From a virus (lineage: Duplodnaviria; Caudoviricetes), in the IMG/VR virus record IMGVR_UViG_3300027874_000007, positions 1 to 40,383 of that record: a stretch of DNA of 40,383 bases. One strand, given 5' to 3'. Position 1 is the stretch's first letter. Each line of letters opens with the position of its first letter. Below the pieces are notes generated by a model. The model ran no database searches, was not told where the DNA came from, and saw only the letters and a program-made list of their open reading frames with translations. The translations under genes were made by a program, and so were the position numbers. This document shows positions 40,285 to 40,383 of this stretch, piece by piece.

Positions 40285-40383
40285 CGTAGTCGGGTCCGAG
40301 CTGCCGCTGGAGTTGTTGGCGAAGCTGCATCTCCTGATCGTTGAATTGCTGCGTCAGGAACGGATCGAAGTCGGCTTTCCCGG
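40285..40383. repeat. 99-bp terminal direct repeat, right copy
   Basis: Identical to 1-99. Confidence 0.97.

Larger units (their letters stand above)
1..40383. mobile_element. Complete temperate podovirus-like bacteriophage genome (40,284 bp circular unit)
   Basis: Terminase, portal, capsid, short-tail and ejection genes, lysis genes, integrase with attP, and a replication module. No host genes and no tape-measure gene. Confidence 0.93.

Overview
The window is a complete, circularly assembled, GC-rich temperate phage genome. Bases 1-99 repeat exactly at 40285-40383, so the unit length is 40,284 bp and one gene runs across the join. The morphogenesis module is podovirus-like and forms one long minus-strand late operon (20549 down to 1, then 40284 down to 34929). 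It encodes terminase, portal, scaffold, an N4-gp56-like major capsid protein, adaptor and nozzle, tail fibres (one with an S74 chaperone), four ejection-type proteins (the last with a lytic transglycosylase domain), a holin and a Zn-peptidase endolysin, plus two free-standing HNH genes. There is no tape-measure gene. The other half carries a tyrosine integrase with an attP containing the 5' half of tRNA-Arg(TCG), and RHH/Xis-type regulators with no classical CI. It also has a YqaJ exonuclease with a putative annealase, an XF1762/Mom-like GNAT gene coupled to a minimal DNA methyltransferase, a RuvC-like resolvase, and a primase-polymerase/VapE helicase next to an iteron-rich origin where GC skew flips sharply. 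The most notable leads are: a sigma-region-2-only protein together with a 10-bp motif (GGCATAGAGG) seen three times just upstream of late genes; the 5'-half-tRNA attP lying between integrase and the replication operon; a scaffold-like C-terminal motif on a second small head protein; and an excess of C-terminal Tyr in late proteins. All functional calls come from recognising motifs by eye; no database searches were run.
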